This document shows positions 1-12,355 of a DNA stretch of 64,000 nucleotides, piece by piece (the stretch's first letter is position 1; each line of letters begins with the position of its first letter). The notes beneath the pieces were generated by a model. That model did not search any database. It worked only from the letters and a program-made list of their open reading frames with translations, and had not been told where the DNA came from. Both the position numbers and the translations under genes were made by a program. The stretch lies in NCBI GenBank assembly GCA_964016885.1, contig OZ024740.1, forward strand, positions 62,310,001-62,374,000. The letters are read 5' to 3'. The DNA comes from Eledone cirrhosa (taxonomy: Eukaryota).

Positions 1-865
1 AAAAGTGTTTAATATTGAAATGTTGGTTTATTCATGACAATAGATATTTATTCATTCTACAATTATATCAACTTGTTGTTGTCATTGCTAATGTTGTTTA
101 GTTGATTGGTTTTTGCCCTCTCTTCTTCCATTTTGTGAGTGACCTATATTCTGAAAATCTGATGTTCAGTAGGTTTTTTTTTGGGGGGGGGGGGTTCTAG
201 GTGATGAAGCCATAAACAGTAAAATTATATACATACTCTCTTTGTGATTGTGTGTACATTTTACTTTTGAATCTATATTTTAGTAATATTTAAAAATCAT
301 TGGAGTGACCCAATTGCTAAGTAAGTGTTAGTTAACAGACTAAAAGTCTTTTTGGTATTTTTAGTTCTGTCCCTCTACGGTCATAGTTCAGAACATGCTT
401 GTGTTAACTTTGCCTGTCATTCCTCTGAAGTTCAACAAAATAAGTATCAATTGTATACTTTTATTCATTCACTCAGGCAGTGCTGTATTATTCATTAGGC
501 TAATTAGACTGAGGCCTAGGTGCCTGTCCATGGGTTTATATGATCCAGTGTTATGGGCCTATACTTCATTCCAGAACCCAGAGAACAAAGGAGAGGCCTG
601 TGGATATTTGATCACCTCATCCTCAAAAAACAAAAACAAAGAAATTGTGAACTCCACTTTAATTTTGAGTGGAAAGACAGCCACCCTCCACCCCCATCAT
701 CACACCAGGTCCCCAAAAGCAGTGGTACAAAATTTCATTCAGAGAACCTGCATCCATTTCTCTAGAAATGTGTGAACTGCTCTAAAAGAACAAATCAAAA
801 TACATTGAGTTAGAAAAAAGGGACAGTGAGTTCCAAAAAATAAAGCACTGGACGAACAGAGGCAG

Positions 866-1085
866 TCATCATCATCATTACCATTTTACGTTCATTCTTC
901 CACGCTAGCATGGGTTAGACAGGTTGTCCTGTTGTGAGCAATGTTAGGTCGCGTGACCATGTCTTGCTCATAGGAGAACTGATTGGCTTGATTTCAACAG
1001 TTGGATGCCCTTCCTAACACCAACCTCATTTACAGTGAGTGCTGGGTGCTTTTTTTCCGTGGCACCTACACGACCACTTTACAGG
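866..1085 (-). mobile_element. 3' tail fragment of the RTE family (ATG-repeat tail)
   Basis: Matches the reverse complement of the RTE 3' UTR at ~19000-19230 (ttggatgcccttcctaacaccaac; ccacgctagcatggg; (CAT)n). Confidence 0.8.
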
Positions 1086-1399
1086 ATTCTTCAGATTGGA
1101 CAGATATGTAGCAGCAATTTGATACTCTTTCTAAAGGAGTTCCTTTTGCATTATCTTTCACTGTCAAATTGGCCACCATAGAAGCTGACCTTTGCTGCTT
1201 CCTAGATAAGCTCACATTGTGAATGACTTTCAAGTGCCAATATGTCTGAGATTTTAACATAGAGAGTCATCTGTTTCATCTCAGGTTTCAGAGACGGAAG
1301 CAATATTCATAAATAGCCGGCTCTCAGCAAAGCCAGCAGAGTCTCAGAGTTGAATTCTAAGAGTTAACATGTAGTCAGTCCACTGCCTTATACAGACTC

Positions 1400-1875
1400 T
1401 AGTGCTGGTACCATGATAAAATGTAATCAGTATATACACTATGTTAAATGAAAGGGATGGTGTCATGATAAAATGTACCCAGTACACTCTATAAAGTGGT
1501 TCTTGAGTGAACCTAGAGAGGAGTCTTCAGTTTAGCTGAGCATACAACTTCACTAGTGCTGGTACCATAATAAAATGTACCTAGTACACTCTGTAAAGTG
1601 GTTGGTGATTGAACAGAAACAATATAGAGTAGAGAGGTTGCTTCAGTCTGGCCAGGCATATGACTACCTCTCTAGTGCTGGTGCCAAAATAAAATGTACT
1701 CCATACATTCTGTAAACTGGTTGGCATTAGGAAGGGCATCCAACTGTAGAAACCATACTAAACATGGAATGTATGAGCAAGAAGAAATCTTTCTGATCTG
1801 TCTAATCTCAGACCATGTAAACCCCATCCAATCCATGTCATGTGAATGGCGGGCATAGAATAATGATGATGATGC
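1400..1875 (+). repeat. Degenerate tandem copies of an RTE-3'UTR-like repeat (agtgctggtaccatgataaaatgtacccagtacactctgtaaagtggtt)
   Basis: About four copies at ~1400, 1465, 1553 and 1673. The last runs into ggcattaggaagggcatccaactgtagaaacc and ends in (GAT)n. Confidence 0.6.
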
Positions 1876-2084
1876 AGTACTTAACTTTTATTCTCCATTC
1901 CAGTTTCAAATATCATCAAAATTGACTTTGACTTCCTTCTTTCTCATCTTGTCAAAACAAGCACTACAGTATTTTTAAATCTAAATTAGCACCTATCACT
2001 TCAAAGTAAGAATACTGATGTCATACTGAGCTTATGTCACTTAAATATAACATAAACTTACTTAATTTAATTAACCAAGGATAC

Positions 2085-2395
2085 ATAATTTAACAGAGCT
2101 CCCATGACTTTCAGAAACATTTTTTCATGCTCAGAGTTGCTGAATCATGGAACAAACTACCTGTGTCAGTTGTTAGCTGTTGAGACACTGCATCTTTCAA
2201 AACTTCCATGCTTCCCAAAATTCACCAACACTACACCTGATATCCCCCCTCCACACACCACACACATGTGTGCATGTGTCTGTGTGTATATCATGACTCA
2301 TACCCTGTTCACTTTCCTGACATTTGTACATTATTCTGTGTAGTATACATGCATCTTTGATGCACTGTACACAACACTTTTCATTTCATTTCATA
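2085..2395 (+). mobile_element. Decayed 3' end of the CR1-type LINE
   Basis: Encodes HDFQKHFFMLRVAESWNKLP, equivalent to HDFRRHFFTLRVAEAWNNLP at the end of ORF2 (12356-14731), followed by the same 3' UTR. Confidence 0.85.
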
Positions 2396-3789
2396 GTGTA
2401 TCTTCACATGCAGAAAATGTAGCAGTGAAGACTATCAGTTGGGAAATACAATATTATAAACAAAATAATATGAATAGCCCACTTTTTTTTAATCATAATC
2501 ATAATACATGTTACTTTAACAAAAAATACCTATTTACCTACCTACTTACTTTCTACAAAAATAGACATTTTGCTTAAATCTTTTATTATTTCAAGAAAGA
2601 CAATGAATGTGTTACAGCTGACCTTTAGAACATAATATAAAAGTTCTTATATAAAATTATGATGGGAAGATATTAACAGTTCTGGTGCCACAACGAAATG
2701 CACCCAGTCCTGTTTATAAGATAGTAGAGCATGTGTCATAACAAAGCACCCAGTTCACCCTGTAAGGTGGTAGTGCTGGAGTTATGGTAAATTGCTCCCA
2801 ATACATACTGTAAAAGTGGTTGGTCTTAAGGAAGAACCATAGAAAGCATGCTCCTAGTACATGGAAGAGGTTTAGTGAGCTACTTCCGCTACTGTCAACA
2901 AAATATTTCTCCCTATGAATGAAAGGCTGGCTGTATAATGCCTGTGTGCAATGTTGCATGGTAGTGAGGCATGGGCAACGAATGCAGATATGTGAAGGCT
3001 GGAGAGAAATGAAATGAGCATACTTCAATGGATGTGCAAGCTGGTGATTATATATTTACTTTGGATTATTTTACATAAGTAGATGTATGTATTTTATAGT
3101 TTCTACAAATATAAGCACAGACATAGCTGAGTGGTTAGGAAGTTTTCTTCGCCATTATGTGGTTTTAGGTTTGGTCATCATCACTACAAGATACTTTGAG
3201 AAAGTGCTTTCTGCTATAGCCTTGGACCAACCAATGCCTTGTGAGAGAATTCAGTATGTATATATATATATATCATCATCATCGTCACCAAACATCTGTT
3301 TTCCCAGCTAGCAAGGGTTGGATAGGTCATCACAGACTGAGTCAATACTCAAAAGGAGTTAAAGACCTCTTAGATGGGCCAGGGGCCTGCATCTTACTTA
3401 TATACATTTACACGTTCTACTGAGTGCTCAGACCGGCTAAGGACCTGTGACTTTCTTATATATATTTTTGCCTATGAATAGTTTTTCCATGTGTAAGTGT
3501 GTATGAGTCACTATAGACATCTTTTCATCAACAATATTTAAAGCAGTAAATATTTGTTTGTCTCCCATAAACAATACATCCCACAGCTGAGAAGTTTGAC
3601 AAAAGTCATTGTTATATACTACACTTTAAAATCAAATATTAGTTGGCATTAGAAATAGCATCCAACCATAGAAAATCTGTGTCAAAAAGTCTGATGTGAG
3701 ATGAACTTATCCTCAAACCAGAGAATTGGTCCAAATGCTTGCAACAGAGGGGACTATGCTAATGATACCTAAATACTAAAATGGTGGTA

Positions 3790-4535
3790 TTAAACTGGAA
3801 AATGGATTAAGTCTGCAATCCAAGGGTTAAATCTACCACCTAAAGATTAAGTCTACTACCCAAGGTTAAGTTTACCACCCAAGATTAAGTTTACCATTCA
3901 AAGAGTTAGTCTACCACATAAGTTTAACCCTTTAGCATTTACATTACTCTATATATACTATTGTATTTTCGTGGTAAAGGCTTTATCTCGCATAATTATC
4001 TCACATAACATCGAATCTATGAGATTTTGAGAACAATACCTTAACCTCACCTTATTCTATTCAAACTGGCTGTAACTGGCCAATATGAGTGGCCAGTTTG
4101 AAAAGAAAGAGGTGAGAGAATTCTGGCCTGATATGGATGGTTTAAATGCTAAGGGGTTAAGTCAACTGCCCAAGGATTAAATATGTTATCCATGATTAAG
4201 TCTGTCATCCAAAGGTTAAATCTACCTACCAAATATTAAGTCTACCAATCAAGGTTAAGTTTATCACTCAAGGATTAAATCTACCACCTAACAGTTAGTC
4301 TACTAACCTAGTATTAATTCTACCACCCAGTGATTAGATCCAAAGGTTGTTTACCAACCAAGTCTTCAACACAAGAGTAAGTCCACCACTCAAAAATTAG
4401 TCTACCACCCAAGACTGAATTTCCCACACAAGTATTAGGTTTACCACCTAAGGTTTAAATATATCACCTGAAATTAAGTCTGCTCTCCAATGATGAAATC
4501 TACCCACCAAGCATTAAATCTATCAGCCATGTCTT
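3790..4535. repeat. Degenerate ~20-21 bp minisatellite (consensus ~caaggattaagtctaccacc) interrupted by a MITE
   Basis: More than 20 diverged units visible on both sides of 3925-4160. Confidence 0.75.
3925..4160. mobile_element. piggyBac-like MITE (TTAA|CCC...GGG|TTAA)
   Basis: Termini ttaaccctttagcattta and taaatgctaaggggttaa; same family as 40959-41222. Confidence 0.75.
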
Positions 4536-4745
4536 AAGTTTAATAAAACATATTTTGTTAACTGCTTTTATCTGATTACTTGGACTCGGTCTTATATTGT
4601 TTCTGGCTGTTGAACTTGTATATTTAATCATTTCAGCTTTTTGCTCGACTTACGTAGATATTTTGCCAATATTTCAAAATCAAAATGCTGGCTGTTTATC
4701 TTATGCAATTCTGAATGCGTATCTTCAACATTATTAAAGTTATAG

Positions 4746-4931
4746 AGGTCGGTGAATTGGCAGTATCGGTAGAGGGTCGGACGCCATGCTTTCCAGCATA
4801 GTTACGTCCCTTTACGGTCTGAGTTCAAATCCCGTCGAGGTTAACTTTGCCTTTCATCCTTACCGGGTCGATAAAATAAAGTACCAGTAATGAACTGGGT
4901 AATTGCTGGCCTTGTGCCAAAAGTAGAAACA
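4746..4931 (+). mobile_element. tRNA-derived SINE with 16-bp TSD
   Basis: A box TGGCAGTATCGG, B box GAGTTCAAATCCC, conserved core gcctttcatcct..ggggtcgataaa. Direct repeat attattaaagttatag at 4730-4745 and 4932-4947. Confidence 0.9.
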
Positions 4932-5754
4932 ATTATTAAAGTTATAGTCATATGATATGATAAAGTGAGTGTGTATATAAATGTAGCCCAGACATGAGAA
5001 CTAGAAATATAAAATGTTTTATTTACATTTTTCCTCATCTCCGTATGTTTTCCTCCTTATCTGAAAAAGCAATGTTTAATGAAATAAAACTTGGCAAGTG
5101 CCTTTATGTTCCTATTTAGAAAGTAGTAGTAATAATAAGTATTTCTCAACTGAAATGTATAGCTTACTGAATTTCTTGAAAGTGGTTTTTTAGTTCAAGG
5201 CTTTATTTTAGTTTAATTTTTTAACTATTTCTTCACAGATCAGTCCAACCCATGCCAACATGGAAAATGGATGTGAAATAATGATGTTGATCATATATAT
5301 ATGTATGTTATAATGATGATGATGGTATGTTTACATAAAGTGTTTATCCATATATTGAATCTCCATCGTAACTACACACTGCAAATGTAGAGAGCTTTCT
5401 CCTGCTTACTCTTGTTTTTGCCAAAATAACAACCCAGCTCACATGGATAAACAAATTTTTACTGGATATATATATATGCATCATCATCATCATTTTACGT
5501 CTGCTTTTCCCTGCTTGCATGTGTATATATATATCACACGGATAAACAAATTTTTACTGCACATATATATATATATATAAATACACACAGATGTGCAGAT
5601 ATAGCTGCATGGTTAAGGAGTTTGCCTTATAGTTGCATGTATTTGGGTTCAGTCCCACTGTGTGACACTTTGGGCAAATAATTTTGATTCTAGCCTTAAA
5701 CTTGTCAGTGAAATTTGGTAGATGGAAACTGTGTCATCATTGTCATCACATATA

Positions 5755-5969
5755 CAGGGTGAGTCATAACTAATTGTTGGGAGCAATATTTATATTCCAC
5801 ATGATAATATTTACTAAAATTCTGGTCATACATTATGGTATTATAAGTACATCAGACAAAAGTAGTTTAAAAAATATAGCCATGGGTGATCATACACAAA
5901 TAAGCAGATGTTCAAAACGTTATCTGTGAACCTTGCAATAAAAACACATTGAATGCCTGAATCACCCTG
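5755..5969. mobile_element. Tc1/mariner-type MITE
   Basis: ta|cagggtgagtca ... tgaatcaccctg|ta: imperfect TIR with TA target duplication. Confidence 0.6.
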
Positions 5970-6534
5970 TATATATATATAGTGCAAAGTCAACAATAAA
6001 TATACATATATGTAAGTGTTTATTAATAACTTAGTGGTTAGAGAATTGGATTTGCAATTGTAAGGTTGCAAGCTTAATTTCTGGACCAGGTAATGTGATA
6101 TGTCCTTGAGCAAGACACCTTACTTTATGTTGCACTTTCTGCCCAGAGGTGTGACTAATAGATAGTATCAGCAATGGAAAGACCAATAGAAACATTGTTT
6201 CCTTGGTCTGATTTGATGAGTTCCATCTCACCCAGTAAGTAAATGAGATCTGGAATCTTGTCCATCATAAAATACTTTAATTTGGAATTGCTATTTGTTC
6301 AACGAAATTTAACCATAGGAGAGGCATGCCAGTAACCAGGTCGCAAAGTGAGCAACAAAAATTTTGATACCACAAAATAAAAGATAAATGTGAGTTTAAA
6401 AGTTTTTTATAGGTTTTTTTTTTTGAATGGCATAAAAAACTCTTCAAATATGTAATTACTTTAGTTTCTACTCACAAGTTTGACTCGAATCACTTGACTA
6501 ACAAGTACAACTTAAAATTTATTAAGTTTTTTGT

Positions 6535-6900
6535 AATAATGTGTCAGCTTCAGCATTCAGTTAACGCAAGAAGGGAGGTAGAGGTAAAAGTGAAACTTGC
6601 TATCTTCAATTCAATATTCATGCGAGCCCTTACCTATGGTCATGAATCTTGGGCAATAACTAAAAGAATACAATCACGAATACAAGCAGCTGAAATGTGC
6701 TTTTTCTGAAGGGTCTTAAGAGTGCATAGCAGGACATTAGGAAATCACTCTGGGTAGAGCCGCTACTTCTCTGAATTGAGAGATCACAGCTCTAATATTA
6801 CGGATGAGTGATCAGAATGTCTCGGGAAAGAATCACAGGAAACCCAGGGGTAGATCCCGAGAAAGATGATTGGATAACCAGCAAGATTGAAGAATAACCA
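6535..6900 (+). mobile_element. Decayed fragment of an older RTE-like LINE
   Basis: KLAIFNSIF..LTYGHESW...RIQAAEM motifs with stops; same family as 43140-44195. Confidence 0.75.
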
Positions 6901-7289
6901 GCAATATCCACTGCATCGGGCATTCCAATCCTCAGGTAAGATTCTCCCATATGAAGTTGACAGAGGAAAGTAACAACCAGGGGTCAAGAACTGGTCAGTT
7001 GGCTTTGATTTCTCTATCTGTGTGTATTGGCATTATTGTTGTTGTTGTTGTTATTGTTTCAGCAGGAAAGAAAAGGAAAAAAACTGTTTTCCCTACTAAT
7101 AATTCAAATCTAAATGACACTAATTTCTGTATAAAAGGAAGGTTGGAGTGAATTAAAAGATGTTATTGACAGTAATGTTGCTCATTTAAATTCAAATATC
7201 CTGTCTTCAGTAAGATGATGGTCCTCCTCCTCCTCCCCATCATCAGCATCATCATCATCACCATTCTCCTCCTCATGATGATGATGATG

Positions 7290-8140
7290 AAATTTTTCAG
7301 TGCCAAGCTGATGGATTGTTTGGTCATGGTTTACTGATGGATACATCACAGAGGAGGTTGATCTGTTGGGGCTAAAATATATATCTCGCAAAGAAAGGGA
7401 AGTGACAGAAGTGCGGTAGGCCCTGATGTCATCATCTGTTTGTTGAGCTATGGCCATAGCTTCATAGTTGAGACCGTCCATTATCAAGACTATATAGATG
7501 TCTGTGTCAATAGGGGCTTTAGAGAGTGCATCAGTAACTGAGTTGCTTTTTTCAGAGATGCGCTGAATGTCGGTAGAGTATTTAGAAATAGCTGATAATT
7601 TTCACTGCCGATGTGCAGACCATGGCTCTTGTTCATACCGAAGGTGAATAGTTTGTGATCTGTGTAAATCCTGAAAGATTTACCTTCTAAAAAATAACAA
7701 AAGTGAACATCTAAATGGGCACTTAGGAGTTCCCTGTTGAAAGCACTATATTTCTATTCATATGGTTGAATTTGTTGACTGAAGAAAGCTAGAGGTCACC
7801 ACTGATCATTCATGTTCCAAAACACATACAATGGCTATATCAGAGGCATTCACTGAGCGTGCAGTTGATGCTAACATGTGGGGATGGGAAAACATGGTGG
7901 CTTTAGCAAGAGTTTCTTTTGTGGATTCAAAAGCTGAGATCATTGCGCTGTTCCACTCCACAATTTTTTTTTTTACTTTTTCCTGATAGCGGTGTCATCA
8001 ATTTTGTGGTCTCAACAATTTTGCCGCAGATGGAACAAAATGTTATAAATGTTTCTGCTGCACAGTTAAATATTAAGTCTGTATGGAATGAACGTAGTTA
8101 TCTAATCACAGTCCATCCTTTATAAGTTTGCAGGTAATGC
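7290..8140 (-). mobile_element. Decayed Ty3/Gypsy pol remnant (RT connection / RNase H / linker)
   Basis: Minus-strand motifs with stops and frameshifts: PLAFFS, YSAFNRELL, YFLEGKSFRIYTDHK, YSTDIQRI, NSVTDALS, AIAQQTDDDI. Confidence 0.75.
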
Positions 8141-8170
8141 TTTACACTATTTTATTATTTTGCTCAAGCA

Positions 8171-8388
8171 AAAGGGCAATGAACTGGCAGTATTGGTAGA
8201 GTGTCAGACAACATGCTTTTTGGCATAAAGTTTCGTCCCTTTACACCTGAGTTCAAATCCCACTGAGGTTAGCTTTGCCTTTCATCCTTACAGGGGTCAA
8301 TAAAATATAGAACCAGTAATGCACCGGGATTGATTTAACGACTTTCCCTTCCCCCAAAATTGTTGGTCCTGTGTTTAAATCAAAATCA
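8171..8388 (+). mobile_element. tRNA-derived SINE with 17-bp TSD
   Basis: A/B boxes and the same core; attattttgctcaagca at 8154-8170 and 8389-8405. Confidence 0.85.
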
Positions 8389-9763
8389 ATTATTTTGCTC
8401 AAGCATTGAGAAGAGTTTTCCAAGATTCTTGGGAGAGATAACTGTGTCACCTTTTATTTCATGTTTCTCTTCTATTTCAATGGTTATCCTAACAATATTG
8501 TTATTGCAAACCTAGGCAAAATAGTAGCTGATATTTTCTTCTGTTGATGATGTTGCTTCAATGTTACTATATGGGCCTTATACAATGTTGTTTACAGCTT
8601 AGGTAATGTTTTTCTTTCAGATAGTTTTTTATTCTGCGACTGTATTTAAACATAGATACTTTGTGTTTTAGCTAATTCCATGTATGCTGTATCTGTGGGT
8701 TGATATTTGGTTTGTATTTTGCTATAAGTAAAGCCTCTATATGCTATTTGTCAGTCGTTTAACTGGTATGATGGTGATATTGAAAATAATGTGATGAATG
8801 TAAGATGGTGTCTATGTATGATTTACAAAATTTTGTATTGCAAGTCCCTGCCTGTTAATTACGTTTTGACGAAAAGCCTGACAAAAAATGAAGAGAAGGA
8901 AATGGATGCATTTGTTTGTCTAAAATAGTTATATATTTTGTCTATTGGATTTGAAACTATATTCAAATCTTTTGTTATTTTGTAGAAATCCTGAAGTCAA
9001 CAATAAGAGAATCGTGACAAATTGGTGAAAGAAAATTTTGAAATACAGCACATGTTTCTATGTAGGCGTTTGCATAAAAAAGAGACAGATTGGCTAAGAC
9101 TATGAGTGAAAGATTTAGAGAGAGTAAAAGATGATAAACATGATAGGCCATCTGTCAAATGATCTAGCTGGATTAAATTGACCTGCTGTTATTGAAATCT
9201 GTGGCCAAATGAGAGAATGCAAGCTGATGGCACTGACTCTTATACCAAAAGGTGGTGTCATGCTGTGTTTGATAAATTAATAAATATTAATATGCCAATA
9301 CATACAGTATGTACGATTTTGCAGCAATTTCATAATGAAATACTCATCAATTTAACCATGCTGATAATTCAAAGGTTCTCAACGGGGGAGCATATGCCCC
9401 CCACGGTGGGCGTTTCGGAGCTCCAGGGGAGCGTTTTGGAGCAAGGTGGCGTTCGGGGGGAGGGGGGGTGGGCACTGGAAGGCTAATTACTTAGGTAAGT
9501 TTTATAAGCCATATTTGTACGTCTCTGAGACAGCCAGTGTGAATGCATTTGAATGAAGAAAACAAAGAAAATAAATAAAAGAAGCTTGTCAACGAATTCC
9601 CTAGGGAGATAAAAGAAAAACGAAAGAAATCAAAGAAAATGAAAATAAGGACAACTTCATCTTTGACAAGTTACAAGAACAACAGAAACGACAAGAAAAG
9701 AAGCAATAGTGATGAAAGGTGTGGGTGTATACATATACATACATACAATCATACACACGCATG

Positions 9764-9837
<74 letters not shown>

Positions 9838-9841
<4 letters not shown>

Positions 9842-9941
9842 ATGGCTGCCCCCTCGTTATCGAGTATGGCCATTGCACGAGAAAGAAAAAGAAAATAATA
9901 ATAATAATAATAAATAAATAAAAATAAAAAAAATAAAAGAA

Positions 9942-9989
<48 letters not shown>

Positions 9990-11405
9990 TAATAATAATA
10001 ACGACAACAACAATAATAATATACATATACATATATATATACACACACACGCACACACATAAGCATATCTACACACACACACACACACGATAGCAACTAA
10101 CAGCGCTGCGATCGAATGTGGCTTTTTAGCCCAGCCAATGATCTAAAATGTTTTGCACAGAGTCGGCAACCAAAACATTCACTGGGAATAGTCGGCTGTG
10201 GTTGGAGTTTGTGTACTTTTGCATGTCGCTTGAGCCCTCCTGCTGATTTACATTCTCTACCACATGTTTGGCAAGCATGATGAGTAGCATCTCCAACAGC
10301 AGCCTGGTAGTCAACCACTGGTCTTACTTTATGACTGCGAAGATGACTTTCGAGTCCAGCTTTGCTTAGGCAGAGTCTCGCACATACGCTGCATGCCAGC
10401 ACCATAGGAGGACCCTCGCCGTCTGGAAGTGCAACAGCAATGCCCTTCCTCACATCCCGCTTTACTTTCTCGTATGCGATTCGAGATGCCTCAAAGGCAA
10501 CTTTTCCCTCATATACAGTCTTTCTCCATTTATTACGATCAGCAGCAATATTTTCCCATGTATCAGCAGAGATGTTAGCGTCTTTCAGAGAGGCTTTCAA
10601 GGATTCCTTATACCTCTTTTTTGGTTTATGTGTCGGTCGTTTTCCTTTAACCAACTCTCCATAAAAGAGTTGTTTTGGTATTCTAGAATCCTTCATCCTG
10701 GCAAGGTGACCACTCCAACGGAGTCGTTGCTTAAGCACAAGAGCTTCTATACTGTCACACATAGAGCTTTCCAAAATCTCGACATCACTGATGTGGTCCC
10801 TCCAGTGAACGCCATGGATCCATCTGAGACACATCTGATGGAAGCGCTCCAATTGCTTAAGTTGGTGTCGATATGTGACCCAGGTCTCGCAGGCATAAAG
10901 AAGACAAGAGAGCACACATGCCCTGTACACCTTTACCTTTGTCCTCCTGCATATGTCTCGCCGACCCCAGAGTCGTCTTTCTAGCTTTCCGAAAGCATCA
11001 CTTGCTTTCCTAATCCTAAGTGAGATTTCCCTGTCAAGGTTGCTGTATCGATTGACAGTGCTTCCCAGGTAGACAAACTGATCAACCACTCCAAGTCGTT
11101 TGCCATACACATAGATGTTTGGTTCAGTGTACTGCTTACCAGGGGCAGGTTGGTACATGACGACGGTTTTCTTGAGACTGACAGTCAGACCCAGGGCAGT
11201 TCAAGCGTCAGAAAATGCATTCAAAATGTGCTGCATATCACTCTCTGTGTGCGCTACAAGATCGCAATCATCTGCATACAAGAGGTCTCTTATGATTGAT
11301 GTAAATACTTTTGTCTTCGCAGCAAAGCGCCTGATGTTAAATATGCTGCCTGAGGTTCGATATCGGATGTAAACACCATGCTCGCAATTCCTGAATGCAA
11401 TACAG
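9838..11405 (-). mobile_element. 5'-truncated RTE (BovB-like) LINE with C-terminal C2H2 zinc fingers
   Basis: Frame reads YIRYRTSGSIFNIRR..LLYADD, then an in-frame TGA at 11201-11203, then the ORF 10097-11158. A putative 3'-terminal hairpin ctcg-ataa-cgag at ~9854-9865 precedes a (TG)n tail. Confidence 0.9.
10097..11158 (-). pseudogene. RTE ORF C-terminal part: RT thumb plus 3 C2H2-type fingers
   Basis: FVYLGS, LLYACETW, LRWSGHL, RIPKQLFYGEL; CSVC..H..H, CQTC..H..H, CRLC..H..C. Confidence 0.9.
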
Positions 11406-11420
11406 AAAACTTATTTATAT

Positions 11421-11452
<32 letters not shown>

Positions 11453-12024
11453 CATACATACATACATACATACATACATACATACATACATACATACATA
11501 CATACATACATACATACATACACACACAGGCCGGCGCTGGTGTTTGATGAGGTTGAGAACCTGGTCAGCTTTCAGCCAGAGCTGTGGTATTTAATCTCCC
11601 TAGGTAATAAAATCTGGAGACAACATTTTCTCCTTACCAAAAAAAACAAACAAATCATGTCAACATCCTTACACACTTAAATATAAATGCATGTATATAT
11701 ACAAATGTATAAATGCATAGCTATATACACAGGTAAATGTATGTTTGTATATATGTATGTATGTAGATTTATATATATATATAAATATATATTATACACA
11801 CACACACACATAGACACACATATATATATATTTTTCTTTTTTCTGTCTGGTCTACCTCTGGATAGAACTCAATGTAATCTTGTAAAATCCATAGAGAAGT
11901 TCGGTTTCGCTGAATTAATTCTTTAGATACAGAGTCAGATATTAGGTATTAAATTAACAATAAGAATAAAAACAAAGTTATAAAGTAACTTGACTTTTTT
12001 CTTTTTATTTTCATTGTTAATTTG

Positions 12025-12074
<50 letters not shown>

Positions 12075-12355
12075 ATAATAAATAATGAAATTATTGTGTA
12101 CAGTGCTCAGGTGCACTACAACTCATCAAAGGTGCATGTATAGTACATAGAATAATGTACAAATGTCAGGAAAATGAACAGTGTATGAGTCATGATACAA
12201 TAATAATAATGAAATATTGTGTACAGTGCCCAGGTGCACCACAACTCATCAAAAAAGTGCATGTACAGTACATAGGGCAATGCACAAACATCAGTAAAAT
12301 GAACAGTGCACGAGTCATGATACACACATGTGTGCATGTGTATGGAAGGGGTACA

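Noticed and set aside
395-775. 126-aa ORF
   Set aside because: No recognisable domain or splice support.
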